The notes beneath the pieces were generated by a model. The model saw only the letters and a program-made list of their open reading frames with translations, made no database searches and was not told the DNA's origin. This document shows positions 1 to 12,519 of a stretch of DNA of 64,000 bases, piece by piece. The position numbers and the translations under genes were made by a program. Every line of letters begins with the position of its first letter. Position 1 is the stretch's first letter. This stretch comes from Lophium mytilinum (taxonomy: Eukaryota), in assembly GCA_010093605.1 (NCBI GenBank), contig MU004183.1, positions 620,001 through 684,000 of the forward strand, read 5' to 3'.

Positions 1-2144
1 TCAAATAAAAGGATAGTAAGTCAACAAACGTACTTTTGAAACCGCGACTTGGAACGTCAGAGCCGTTATCGGGTGCGCGGTATTATTTGATATCTTGCTC
101 TTGATCAGAATTACGTCGTCGCTTTCCCGCGCTACGTTGAAGGCAATTTTCACTTGTGTGTTGCTAACGACTATGTCTTTTGAAAGATCTGGGACAGCAG
201 ATGCGAACGTCCATTCATCGTCATCATTTGCGGGCGCCGGCGCTGCAACCTTAGGTTGAGAAACTGGAGCGGAGGGGGTTCCGAGGCCAAGGAGGTCATT
301 TGTAGCAGAGGGTGTGACGGAGGGCTTAATGGACTGCTGGAATTGAAACGGAGAGTTTTGCCGGGGTGCTGGCGAGGAGAGGGCGGCGAAAGGATCGGCG
401 GCTGATTGACGGGGAGGTGGTTGCTGTGGTTGTGTGATATGGGGTTGTGAGTAGAAGGATGGAGGGGACATGGGCGGTGGAGGTGGTTGTGAGCTGCTGA
501 TCGAGCCGAAAGGGTCGTAGTTCGGCTGCGGTATTGAGTACTGCGGCTGCTGTGGTTGTGGTGGTGCTGGACTCGATACTCCGGATGAAAAGCCAGAAAG
601 CCCTGAAGGAGTTAGCAAAAGACATTGAGAGAAAAGGCTGAACCCTACCAGCACCGTTGGAGGAACCCAGTGATATGCCTCCAGTCTGACCAGAATAGTC
701 TCCCCCTATTGACAGTCCGAGAAGGTCGTCTTCTAGATGATTGCCTGTAGGAGCTTTTTGTGATGACGAAGATGTGGTTTGTGCGTCTGGTGTGTCCTCG
801 GGACCTCCAAAGTCGATCAGAGACAGCTCATTATCGGGCCCCTTCGATACTCCTGCTCCGCTGGTCCCTAATGTTCCCCTGGGTATCTTTGCTGCGCCTT
901 CAATATCACCCTTTTTGATCAATCTGTATCGTTCTATCGTCCGGTGAATGCTATCGTTGATCTCAAACAGCTTTGCGACGGCTTCGTGGTCGTCCGATTC
1001 CTCTTCGCACATCTTCTGAATCTTCGGCTGCGCGCTTGCCAATGCATTCGCGAGTTCCTGGTGATTCGATCAGTCTTTGGCATCCTAGTATGAGTTCGGC
1101 GTGCGTACCTCAAAAACATCACCCTCTTTTATCTGATCTCCTTCCTTGTAGCCTTGTAGCATCTCTTCGAGTAGCTTGGCCTTCTGCTGTATCTTGCCTA
1201 CTTCCTCAGCAGCTTTCGCTCGATAGTCTGTCTTGTTTCTTGTATCATATCCCGCCATAACCTTCATAAGCTTGTTGGCCTCCTGCAAATCGTGTGGACC
1301 CCCTCGTCGAATGAGTTCCTGTAGTTTCGCCGATTGCGCCGCCCTTTCTTCCTCCTCCATTTCATCTGCGGACCTCAGATTCTGCATTTAAATCAGCTTA
1401 TGCACCTTTCAGCGTCTATGAAACGGGTCTTCCTACATCGCTCGGATTCAGCACCGCGGCATCCTCTCTCCGCACCTCCGGAAACACGTAGCCCTTATAG
1501 CTCAGCAGCCGGTGCATATCCCGAATAAACCCCAGGTCTTCTTTATGCCGCGACGTCTGGCATATTGTTTGTCGCCACTCCTCAATCAGCTCGAGGATCT
1601 TTGCCTGCACCCGCGACGCATGCACCGGCGGCCGCTCGGGGAAGCGCCGGACGAGCTCATTGAGGAATTCCTTCGTGCTTATCTGGAGGTGGAATGGATA
1701 GCCGCAGTTTTTGACGCATATATCGAGGAGCTGGGACGGAGGTCAGCGATTGGCTCCCGAAGAATTGGAATCAGGCAGCCTTACGTTGAGCGCGAGAATG
1801 GACACGTTTTGGTTGCGGTGGTTGATATAGTGGACGATCGCAACGGCGGCTTCCCGGGGCCTATCGAGTTTTTTTAGAGGATGCAACGAGGTTATAATTG
1901 AGGCCTGGGGATCCTTACGCATTGCCCTTCTTCGCGTTAATTAGGTCCGAGATCTCGAGGTTGAGGGCAAGGTTTGGCTCGAAGTTTTGGGGATCGCAGG
2001 CATTTACTAGATGGGATCGCAGGGTCAGCTTCTTGCAGACTTTGCGCAGGGTATCTCGAGGTCGCTCGGGAACGTACATATGTAGCGCTGAAGAGGAGTT
2101 GTTGGAGGCTCACCGAAACCGCTAAAGCGGTCTCTGGTGGCCAT
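1..2144 (-). CDS. GGA2: GGA-family clathrin adaptor (VHS-GAT-GAE), multi-exon, 3' end runs off the window
   Basis: Spliced ORFs give VHS (NACDPQNFEPNLALNLEISDLINAKKG...ILELIEEWRQTIC), GAT (AQSAKLQELIRRG...DLQEANKLMKVMAGYD; KLFEINDSIHRTIERY), clathrin box LIDF and the start of a gamma-adaptin ear (ITALTFQVAVSK). ATG at 2144; GT..AG introns visible. Confidence 0.9.
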
Positions 2145-2667
2145 ACGAGCTGACGCAGCCTCCAGGTTGGCGGTCGGAACTTTTAGTCAAAAGAGGAGGA
2201 TATTGGGGGCCCGTAGAAGAGCTATCGAACTGGTTATATGCGTCCCGGGCCGGGTGGAGTGAATGAAATGCGGCGATGAAGTGGAGGTTGTTGGTGGGGG
2301 TACACTGCCCGCCTTTGCGCACCGGGCATAAATCTTGAAATCGTCAGTCTGCCAAGCTCAGTCGGCAACACCATTGATTCTACCTAGCACTGTTTCGTAT
2401 TTAATTGGTCACCTCGGTTGCAACTTTTTAGGAGACTTGTATGATCAACTTTGAGAACTCCATTCATCTTTAGTAAGGCTATATCTGTCATTTGTACTTC
2501 GGCCAATCAGAGGCTGCTAAGTCAGATATTGCCTACGTAGTCCAATTCGCTAATAGTTTACAGTATTCAATAGCATGTCCTCAGGGAGTAGTGAATGAGT
2601 AGAGGTGGATCATTGCGCTAGCGCTGCATTGCCTCTTCCTAGGGCCCGCGTAGAATCATCAGCAGTC

Positions 2668-4089
2668 TTACCCATTCGACCACAGCGACTTCCTCCCAAA
2701 ACACCATCCCAGAAGACTAGAGTTTTTACATTTTCTGATCTTGCCCCTTGCCCTGACTTTTTCGTAGACATTCAGGAGTAGTCCCGCATGATTCTTTTCC
2801 CTCAACTCGTTGTACTTTCCCAGATCATGGATCTTCCAAAATTCCTCTTCAGTACAGAAGACAGGCGGATAGAGCCACTTCAGACCACCAAGCTCCCCTA
2901 TCCGGCTCTCAATATGTTGACTCATGGTCTTGAATCTGTCGTATTCCATAAGAGTATCATCCGGACATCCTCGGATGCCAATGTTGATAAGTATGTCGGC
3001 GGACTGAGGATGTTGCTGCATGATCGAGATCGAGTTCACTCGCACTGGACAGAGCCAGAGCGGGTATATTTGGACCCTGTCTTCCAAGTAATGTATGAAT
3101 TTGTCTGCGTTCTCAATAGGGAGCACTGCATCTTGAATGATCAGGTGCTGAGTGTGGCCTGCTTTATGCAAGGCTGTGACGATCCTGTCTGCGCGCAACC
3201 ATGGACTAATCAGCTTTTTTGTTACGCTGTTGCACGGAAAGATCCCAAGCGCGAGCTTTCCTAGCCAGTACGCTCCACAGTCATAGCGAAAGAGATAGTC
3301 TGCGATCGGTAAGATCTCAGTGTATGTAGGAGAATTCCAGGTCTCAATCGGGCGAGTGGCGGCGTGAAGATAAAACCATGAATCTTTCCTTGGACTGGTT
3401 TTACGTGGGCTCTCGTCCGTCATTCGGCCCTGTACGATGACAGCGTAAATGGGCGAAGGAGGCTTGAAGATCATACCGTCAACAAACTCGTATTTGGGAT
3501 TTCCTATGGCCTTCTGGCACGCAGCGATCGTTTCATCACGTCCTCCAGAATCAGGGATGAGCGAATAGGTTATCTCGATCCGTTCCATGGCTGGCATCAG
3601 GCTGACCTCTAGCAATGTCACAATCCCGAAAGTACCCAGACCACCTGCGAGCCCCGAAAAAAGCTCCTGATGTTCTTCGCAAGACACCTTGACCCGATCG
3701 CCGTTTCCAAGCACTACTTCGACGCGTGTGACTGATTGGCTGAAATACCCGGACTTGTATGAGCTGCTCTCCGCAGCTATACCTGAAAAGGCACCTCCCA
3801 CAGTGATACTGCGAAAGGATGGGACCACGATGGGTATGAGCCGGTACTTGAGCGTCTCTTTGACTAGCTGGCCCATCGATACGTTAGGTTCTACCACGGC
3901 GCAGTTCCTCATGGTGTTGATTGCAAGTATATGGCGAAGATGGGTAATGTCGATCATAGTCCTGGAATTATACCCAGAGCTATGAGTATTGTAGGATGAT
4001 CCATGGTACATCCTAAAAGGTTTCTTTGCGCGGTGGAAGTCTCTGACACGTTTGGCAATCTCGCGTACTTCAAATTTGTGCGTGTCCAT
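2668..4089 (-). CDS. FAD-linked oxidoreductase, Delta24-sterol reductase (DHCR24/DIMINUTO)-like
   Basis: Intronless 473-aa ORF with FAD_binding_4-type motifs VEPNVSMGQLV, ITVGGAFSGIAAESSS, GGLGTFGIVT, DYLFRYD and YPLWLCP. Confidence 0.85.
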   Translation of the reverse strand: MDTHKFEVREIAKRVRDFHRAKKPFRMYHGSSYNTHSSGYNSRTMIDITHLRHILAINTMRNCAVVEPNVSMGQLVKETLKYRLIPIVVPSFRSITVGGAFSGIAAESSSYKSGYFSQSVTRVEVVLGNGDRVKVSCEEHQELFSGLAGGLGTFGIVTLLEVSLMPAMERIEITYSLIPDSGGRDETIAACQKAIGNPKYEFVDGMIFKPPSPIYAVIVQGRMTDESPRKTSPRKDSWFYLHAATRPIETWNSPTYTEILPIADYLFRYDCGAYWLGKLALGIFPCNSVTKKLISPWLRADRIVTALHKAGHTQHLIIQDAVLPIENADKFIHYLEDRVQIYPLWLCPVRVNSISIMQQHPQSADILINIGIRGCPDDTLMEYDRFKTMSQHIESRIGELGGLKWLYPPVFCTEEEFWKIHDLGKYNELREKNHAGLLLNVYEKVRARGKIRKCKNSSLLGWCFGRKSLWSNG

Positions 4090-4835
4090 AGGTAGCGGTC
4101 AATCTCATAGTCTGATATTACGAGATGGGTTAAGATAAGTAATTTGGAAAGTATTCGAGCGTCAGAGTGACTCCCAGCAGATAAAGCGTATTTCTCGAAG
4201 AGCTGGCAGCCACGGCCAAGCACATTCTGCTCCCGTGGAGGTATTGCCTTTATATGCGCCCGGCACTGCGTTCAGCTATACATCAACTTGACAGGGACGT
4301 CATTATAGCATTTGAGGAAAGTTGATCTGGAAAAGAATTGATGATGGGTTCGGGAAGAAGCGCTGCGTTCATGATGTGATACATGGAAGGGTTTTCTTTG
4401 TCTACTTTAAGGAAGTACGGAATGAAGTTGCGCCTAGCTAAAGAGCTACTCTATCCCGTGCCCTCAAGCCGTGCTAAAATAGATCTTAGCTCAATTCTAA
4501 GTTCGTTATCTGAATTCGATTGGCCTACTAGGATTCGTTGTGAGGGGTGAATATGAGGTTTCCCGTGATGAACTGCTTCAAGGTCCAGTACACCAGCTTC
4601 GCTAGTTTGAGATCGAGCTAGACTAGTCTCAGCTAATGATTCAATCGTGGCTTTCTCATCGAGTGGTGAAGCTGGTTGAGGACAGAGAAGGGGCATGAGG
4701 TTTGGAAGAGGTCACAACAAATTAGTACGTGATCGTCACTAGCGGGGTACTTCGCATTTGGCACCGCGACGGGTTTATGAAGTTCTGTCTGCAACACCAG
4801 TTTAACTAACTATCTACCCCACCACAGCTACGATC

Positions 4836-6110
4836 ATGGTCCGACACAAGAAAGACGGCTTCTCCTCTCGCGGGAAGAAATACTCTAATGCTCCGCGTCC
4901 CCGAGGACCAGCCCGCAACGGCGAGGATGGCGAGGACAGCGAAGCCGCCACCAAGTCGAAACCCCAATTTAAGGCTGCCTGCTGGGACCTAGGACACTGC
5001 GACCCGAAGAGATGCTCAGGCAAGAGGCTCATGCGTTTGGGCATGATGCGGGAACTTCACGTCGGACAAAAGTTTGCTGGAGTCGTCGTTTCGTGAGTCT
5101 AAATATGGCATTGATCATCACAGCATGCTGACTTCCACAGACCCAAGGCGAAGAAGGTCGTATCAGGCGCGGATAAAGAGCTACTGGAGCAATATGGTGC
5201 AGCTGTGGTTGAAGCGTCGTGGAACAGGATAGACGAGGTTCCCTTTGGGAGGATAGGCGGAAAGTGCGAGAGATTGTGTAAGCAGATCCTCAATGCTGGA
5301 ATCATTCTCCGGGTCTAACATGTTGAAGTACCATATCTAGTTGCAGCAAACCCTACAAACTACGGACGACCCTGGCGGCTCAACTGTGTCGAAGCCCTGG
5401 CAGCTTGCTTTTACATCTGCGGACATGCTGAGTGGGCGGAGGAGATATTATCGACCTTTTCGTATGGAGAAGGTTTTCTGGAGATCAATGGGGCGTTACT
5501 GAAACGCTATGCTGCGTGTAACTCGGAGGAAGAGATCAAGAAGTGCGAAGAGGTCTGGCTGGAGAAAATTGAGCGGGAGTATTCAGCAAGCCGGGTTGAC
5601 AACGATGGTGGCAAGGAAGATGCCTGGAAAGGCGGTAACATGAATCGTCGACAGCTGGAAGATTCAGAAAATGAAGACGATGACGAAGACGATGAAGAGG
5701 CCCCTCAACTGAAAGAGAAGAACAGGGCTGTAAACGGGGAGGAAGATGATGATGGCGACGAGCCCGACGACCGAGACCCATACGCCATGCCCGAGTCCTC
5801 AGACGACGAGGAAGAGATGGCGGAGCTTCGACGTCGAGTATTGATGTCTAAGCCGTTCGCCAATCCTTCCCTCGCGGAGGGTGACAAGAAAGCGCCCGAG
5901 AAGGTTACGAGACAGGATCCGTTGCCCAAAGCTGAGAATGATGACAAGTCTGAATCCGGATCTGACGATGAGGAGTTCGACATCATTATAAAGGCTACCC
6001 CGGTGACGGACAGAGCAGGCATCACTGCAAAGCAGAGGCTGAAGACACAAGACAAGAAACCGAGCGCCACCTTTAACAGCGCCTCTTTGGGTGCTCCTAG
6101 CAATTGGTAG
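4836..6110 (+). CDS. TSR3: 18S rRNA aminocarboxypropyltransferase Tsr3 (3 exons, acidic C-tail)
   Basis: WDLGHCDPKRCSGKRL, then after introns (~5093-5140, ~5278-5327) [29 protein letters not shown]. Confidence 0.93.
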
Positions 6111-6358
6111 GCTACTATTGTATACGCTTTGGCATTTCAACATCTCGCGATACGGTACGAGTGCTTGTCTCACTACAAAAGGTCTGCCTGATCGCGAAAC
6201 TCGGGTGAGCAAATGAGATGCAGGCCCCGCAACCCCGTTGGTGCAGTGTCAATGGAACATTCATCTGCTCTTCTGGCTGTAGCATGGCTACCACCTATCT
6301 AAAAATGCAGTTTTAGCTGCATGTAGCGACTAATGACAAAGAAAGTGCCTCCGATTCT

Positions 6359-6945
6359 GGCGGTGAAGCTCAGCCTCGGTCCGCTAAAGGGCCACCTTCT
6401 TCAGCCCCATAGCCATCTCGGCGCATGCGGTGGTCTAGCGCGAATATCAAGCCACAGGTAATTACGTAGAACAGGTGGGAATGGAACCGAAAAGCCCTTC
6501 CTAGGCTGAATCTTACCGAAACTGAGCTTAGTCTGCTAGAAAGCATGCTCTACGTAGGAGTATTAAACGTCCGGTTTATGGCACCGTGCGCGGAAGCTTC
6601 AACGCATGATTACCACACCACTCAACCTTGAAAGATATAATGTTTTTGAACATTAATGAAGCGCTAAGTCAAAGCTACACTTCAGTACATCTTCGAAAAT
6701 TATTGGTCAAATATTGGAGGAGTTCGACGTGATTAGTGTTGTTCTGCACGAGCCATAAACCGGACGTTTTATACTCCGACGTAGAGGCATGGTACCGCAA
6801 GCCGTTATCTTAGCCGAGTAACCTCTTTTCACAGCTGACCTAGTGGCTTGATATTCGCGCTAGGCCATCGCGTGCGCCGAGAGGCTGTACAGTGTGGCTT
6901 GCAGGTCGCCGACCCACAGAGCGCCGACCGCCCTTCACCTCCGCT
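6359..6945. repeat. Long imperfect inverted repeat / fold-back element
   Basis: 6435-6455 is the exact reverse complement of 6843-6863 (21 nt), and 6565-6582 of 6752-6769 (18 nt). Weaker complementarity extends outward and inward. Confidence 0.85.
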
Positions 6946-7195
6946 GCCACCCTACCTAGGTACCATCGTGACTCTGTCCCCTAAGTGGTGCTGCGGCTGA
7001 TGGCGTTCTCCTAACCATAGTAAACTCATCATGTGACCCCGTATGCTTTGTTAGCTTCTCTCCATGCCACGTTCGGAGAGAGCTGAGTAAAGACATGGCA
7101 AGTGTACGAGCTACTGCGATCTATTGCCATAGCTGCGGTTCATCGCCATATTCTGAATTTAGAAGTTTGGATAGCGCCTCGAGGCGTCAGATATG

Positions 7196-7202
7196 TATAT
7201 AA
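7196..7202 (+). promoter_or_regulatory. TATA box upstream of secreted-protein gene
   Basis: TATATAA ~160 nt upstream of ATG 7359, followed by a pyrimidine/CA-rich leader. Confidence 0.5.
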
Positions 7203-7358
7203 GAGTTCAGCAATCTCAACAGTCATATCATCACTACAATACCAACGTTCAATTCGCCTTTCACAGCCAAACCGTCGCAATCCTTTTCAACCCGCTCATA
7301 CATTCAACCTCCCGTCATTTCATCAATTTCTTCTTAGATCTCGTTCCATCCAGAAAAG

Positions 7359-7904
7359 ATGAAGTTCACCACCGCCGCCCTGGCCGCTATTGTTGCTTAT
7401 GCCTCAGCCGCACCCACAGACACGTTCATCTACCCCGACACGCTGTCTACATACCAAGTCTGGAGCGGTGCTGTGACATATGACGTCCAAACCGGCCAGA
7501 TCTTCAAGGACGGCAAAACTTCCGACATCACCACTCTCCTCACCTTTACATTCCCTGATGCAACGGCTGGCAAGACCTGCGAGTTCAACTTCGCTCTTAA
7601 TAACTGCCTCCACTGCAACCCAGGCTACCCTACTGGTACCACGCAATTCGACGCCTATACCGCCCTTGCGCCTGCGGATCACAGCACTAAGGATTGGCCA
7701 AGCGGAAATCTGAGGGATCAGTACGTTGGACGTTTAAAGGCGGTCAAGCCAGGCCTAGCCACACCTGTCGACGGATTCCCGGCGGCTGGACCTTTTCCAT
7801 GCCCAGCTGGCAAGACGTACGGCGGTGAGCTGGTTGGTGCTGGTGATCAGGTCAACATTCAGTGGGACGGTAAGGGCGAAGGTCCTTATTTCCGGGTCTA
7901 CTAG
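7359..7904 (+). CDS. Small secreted protein, But2 C-terminal-like domain
   Basis: Signal peptide MKFTTAALAAIVAYASA; DITTLLTFTFP..AGKTCEFNF and FPCPAG resemble fungal But2-domain secreted proteins; 181 aa. Confidence 0.7.
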   Translation: MKFTTAALAAIVAYASAAPTDTFIYPDTLSTYQVWSGAVTYDVQTGQIFKDGKTSDITTLLTFTFPDATAGKTCEFNFALNNCLHCNPGYPTGTTQFDAYTALAPADHSTKDWPSGNLRDQYVGRLKAVKPGLATPVDGFPAAGPFPCPAGKTYGGELVGAGDQVNIQWDGKGEGPYFRVY

Positions 7905-8214
7905 AGAATAGCCGGAGAGGCGACGAGATGAGAAGTTCATCAGCGTGGTCATTGTAAATAGTAAACGGCGTACGATTTCTTTGCATCACAACTCGGTATT
8001 GGGAGTTCTGTTTGGCATTCATAGCGGCATTGGAGGCACTGTAATTCACCCGTTGCGTTTTGGGTTCTCTGTAAATATCTGTTCACGTTGTGTCTCTTCC
8101 TATCATACAACTATCACTTCCGTCATAATCAATTTTCACCTTCTGTTGCGAGGTTACAGAGACAAGTTTTTCTCTTCTTCACCCATCAGGCAATCAATTC
8201 TAGAACGTGGCTTT

Positions 8215-9472
8215 CTAAGCCACGTATCCACTTAATCTCCTGACATCTGTCGCAAAAGGCAGTGTCGACACTCCCGTCCCCGATTTCAAGGACTTTGGTA
8301 TTGGGTGTCTCTCTGGAAGCGACTCTACATCCGGATCTTGCAGAGCCCAGAAAGAAGCTTTCGAAAGCGGATCGACCACATTGCGAAAGTTGTCTCGACG
8401 CGCCTGAGCCCATGCATCCAGGACCTTCTCATTAGCTCCGTGCTGCAGATGCGAGACGAGTACGTCGGTAAGGCTAGCAGCATCTAGGATGCCGGATGCC
8501 AAGCCCATGCCTGCGTATGGGTTCGTGACTTGAGGAAGCGTTAGTCAAACATTCCGAAAACATATGAGGAAAGCTGATGAAAGGACAGAGCTTACGATGT
8601 GCCGCATCTCCAACCAGCAAAACGCGGCCCTTCCTCATCTTCTCCGCGCAAAGCTGATGTGCTCCAAAAGGCGCGCACCTTTCAACCTTATACTCGAGCG
8701 GCCGTGGCCCGGGAAACATGGCGTCGAACTTCTGCGGCAACACCTTTTCAATATCCGCAGTCGTATAGTTCTCCGGCACACCGAACGAAACTCGCCACAG
8801 CCCGTCCTCCGTGATGGGCCCAATTAGCCCGAAATTCTCTGGATCCGCCAGGAAGTTTCCCCCACTCCATCCATACGACTCAAATGGATAGTAGACATCC
8901 GTAGAGACGAGCTTGCGTGGCAGCGTCTCACCTTGCATTTCGAGACCCGCGAGCCGACGCGTAACGCTCTTCCCGCCATCTGCGCCAATGAGCCACGACG
9001 CTGTGAACTCGACAGCCGCTCCGGAGGCTGTCTCGGCGGTCACGTGTACCGTCTTGGGACTTTTCGTCAAGTTGATGTTCTTCGCCTTGTGTCCCATGAG
9101 CACTTTCGCGTTTTGCATGCTCCCCAGATGGTCTGTCAGAATCTCACAAAATCGCTGCTGCGGGACGGTCATAGGTCCAGTCGTGCTGGCTATTGCAGGG
9201 GAAGCCCCAATAATGGACTTGTCGGACCCGCGGCGGAACCAGATCTTGCCGTTCGTGAGGCCTTTAGCGGCTGTCTTGAGGTCGTCGTAGACGCCGGCTT
9301 TTTCGAACTCGGGGAAGACGGCGGGCATGTGGGTCATGGCTTTTGTGTCTGCGGGAATGGAGGAATGGGCCTCTAGAAGTGTAACAGAGATGTTGGATTG
9401 AGCTAGGCGGAGGGCGAGGAAGAGGCCAACGGGTCCTCCGCCAATGATTAGGATGGTGCTTTGGTGCGGCAT
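8215..9472 (-). CDS. FAD-dependent monooxygenase (aromatic hydroxylase family), 2 exons
   Basis: GGGPVG Rossmann motif, IGADGGKS, and GDAAH joined across an intron (~8530-8593) to TNPYAGMGLASGILDA. Confidence 0.9.
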
Positions 9473-10391
9473 TTCGTGGGAATTTGCTACGGTCTAGTTT
9501 TTGGAAGACTGATGTGTGTGATGTGTGTTGAGAGTAGTCTGAGCGAGATTTAGAGACATGATTCGGGGGTCTAAGAGAGATATTTCTACGACAATCTACC
9601 TCACTAGTGCACAGCGCCTCTTAACCGTTGACTCCACCTGGAGTCTCCTGTGTTTGGCAATCGTCATACGTATTACGGGAGAGTACGCAAGCTACCGAGC
9701 TCGATAGTCGTTTAGTGACTTGTGTGGTTTGTTCAGGGGCACACGCCGGGGTTATTTCACCGTCATCGTTCCATATAAAATAGGTGTTATGCTTCTGTCG
9801 CACTGTACCCTTGCGTATTCCTCTCCTCTTATCGGAAGATGAAAGTATGATGCGTTCCCTCGGTGAAATATGAAGAGTAGCTACCGATCACATGGAAAAA
9901 CTTAGAACATACATAAGATAGGCTCTAGAAAGGTTGCTCTTGGAAGCATCCAGATTAAGTTTAAGCTTTCAATTGATACTCTACACTCTACTCAGATTTT
10001 GACTTTCGTAGCGGGTCTAGGGCTCGTTACTAGCCATGGTAGTCTCTCGATCGCGGCTCCGCAGACCGTTCTCGACTTCCGTAACTTTGAAACTTATTAA
10101 TCAACTGGCAACAAAAGATGCAACTGAATCTCAATCTCTTCGAGTAAATTTGAGCAGAATTCTTCTGGGCCCACCCAGATGTGTGATAATAGGGCGTCTA
10201 AGAGCATTTCCCGGACGACTTGAATGAAGCCTACGCGGAATATCGCGAGAATGATATCGGTGGCTCACGATTCACGAACTCACAGTGCGTCGAGGTATTA
10301 AGGTGGTGGGCTAGGCAAAGGATGAGCTAGGTCTGGACTCATTTCATTAGCAGATATACCTGTAATTAAGCGAGAGAGAATGGATGTTGAG

Positions 10392-10886
10392 TTGAAGTGG
10401 ATGAAGCTCGACCTCTGTTTCATGAATCCAGCTACTGTCGACCTGAATGGCGATGTCATAAACTTTACATTAGTAGGAATGTTAAGCTAATAGCTTCTGG
10501 GGTGTTTCGAAGCTACATATATGCTGTAAAAGTGCAAAGTAAGTAAGATTGATTTGAAGCGGGTGAAATTTGACCTCTAATTTACGAATCCAGCTAATGC
10601 CGACGACCTGAATGGCGATATCAGAAACTTTACATCGGGCAACTGTCAAGTTGATAGCGTCTGGAGTGTCTTGAAGCCATATGTATGCTGTCGAAGTATA
10701 CGAGAAGTATACTCGATTTGAAGTAGATGAAGCTCGGCCTCTGTTTCATCGATCCAGCTACTATTGACCTAAATGACGGTGTCGTAAGCTTTACATCATA
10801 AAACTGGCAAGCTGATATTGTCTGGAGTGTCTCGAGGCTATATGTATGCTGTCAAAGTGTAAAGCAAGCATACTTGATCTGAAGTG
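10392..10886. repeat. Degenerate tandem repeat, 3 copies of ~162 bp plus a partial fourth
   Basis: Units start at 10392, 10554, 10718 (and 10879), each ttgaag..gatgaagct..cctct..atccagcta..gacct.aatg.cg..ctttacat..ctgg.gtgt..tatgctgt..aagt. Confidence 0.85.
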
Positions 10887-10935
10887 CATTGATTCAGCTA
10901 CCTGACTGCCACGATTCCGGGACTACTTCCTTCCC

Positions 10936-12519
10936 CTACGCGTCCCCCTCCAACAACTCCTTCAACACCCCCTTCTCCGCCAACATTCTCACCCAAGCGT
11001 CCACAAGCGGCACGTAGTCATGCCTGCGGGCCAACACTTTCGCCTCTTCTTCTTCCAATTCCCATTCTTCCTCCGAAATGCTAGCCTGAATGCGGAGTTG
11101 TTCCGCTTCAAGCGACGACCTCTCCTCCTCCACCCCCTCTTTCCCCTTAAGTTCCTCCATTGAGGCAACACTGGCCGCAAGCGCCTGCTTCAGGTCCTCC
11201 ACAGGATCGCGAACAATGGCCAGAAGTGTGTAGCCAATGGCCTCAACGCTGGCCATAATGGCGCCAATTCTTGCCGCAGCAACCGAAAGCCAGCCAGCGT
11301 CTCCTACGTCACCTACAATGGTTGTCAGTAAAAGACAGAATTCAGGAAACAGAGGGGATTACGTACCAATTCTTGACGGTTCTTTGTCCAGCCCGTCGAG
11401 TCTCCAAACGCTACCCTCTAGCGGCACGAATGCGATGAAATGGTAGGCATCGTCCTCATCCTCGTCGGCTACCTCGGACACTTTGCGCTTCTTCGAGGTC
11501 TTATTTCGGGCGTCATACGAGTTCTTCATACACAAGTCTACGTTGAGGATGTCCGTCTTCTTGGCCCAGGAGTTGTGGATCTTCTTGATGAACTCGAAGT
11601 TCGCGATTTCTTGGCCGCGGAGAAACGGAGTGAAGGCTTTGGTGAATTCCTTGAACTGGGCGAGGGGCTCTCCGAGGTCGACGTCCGGTACATTCAGCAT
11701 AAGATTGAGCAGAGCGGTCGTGGCGCAGGCGTTTTCGGCGGTTTGATTGGCGAACCAGAGGCTGTCAGGGCACGCTTCGGCTTCCTTTTCGACGCTGATG
11801 TCTCGATAGGGGAATAGAAGAATAGCTCCGTAGACCGGTTGTGGGAGGATGTCGAGGCCGTCAAGGGACCACACTTCCTTGACTCGGACACCTTTGACGC
11901 CGTACTCTTTGAGCATTAAGTTGAAGTTGGCAGGCTCGGACTCGATCTCGCACCAGCCTTGCCAGGTCTCCTTGTCGATAGAGGCTTCGTGAGTTCCGTT
12001 GCCGTTGATGACCTTTTCAACTAACGAGACAGGCTTGGGGATGGGCTTCATGGCGTCGGTGTCGGTAGCTTTGGCAACGTTTTCAGTAAAAGTGTTGAGA
12101 ACGGTGCTGGTGTCCTGGATTCCAGTGGTGGGAGCTGTAGTGAAAGGCTCCTCGGGGGCTTGACCAGCGGAAGAAACTGGTTCAATAGAGTTGAGAACTG
12201 GTGAACCAACAAGCCCGTTCTGAGTCGGTGGAGAAGGCTGTTTGCGGTTCTTGTTGGGTGACGAAGGAGACTGGGCTTTCTTGATCGATCGAGGAGGAGT
12301 CTTCGCTGTCACGGGATCCAAAGTTGCTGTGGTGTTGAGCGCATTCGTTGAGCTATCAATGTGTGTGCATCGTATCTTCTTCTTTCTGCAAGAATCACAT
12401 GCTTTGCCTCTGGCTGCTTTCGAAGCTAAAGAAGATGCCTTGGGCGGGCTGAGGCGTCGTCCATTCTGCGGTTCGGCGGAAGCGGAGGCGGTTTTGACTT
12501 TCTTGCTTGGGGAAGACAT
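10936..12519 (-). CDS. Ubiquitin C-terminal hydrolase, peptidase C12 (UCH37/BAP1-like) with N-terminal extension
   Basis: GWCEIESEP, catalytic NQTAENACATTALL, AYHFIAFVP, WRLDGL and C-terminal ARRHDYVPLV; intron 11313-11366. Confidence 0.88.

Noticed and set aside
10392..10886. CRISPR-like array
   Set aside because: Whole units are homologous with no unique spacers, no cas genes, and the context is eukaryotic.
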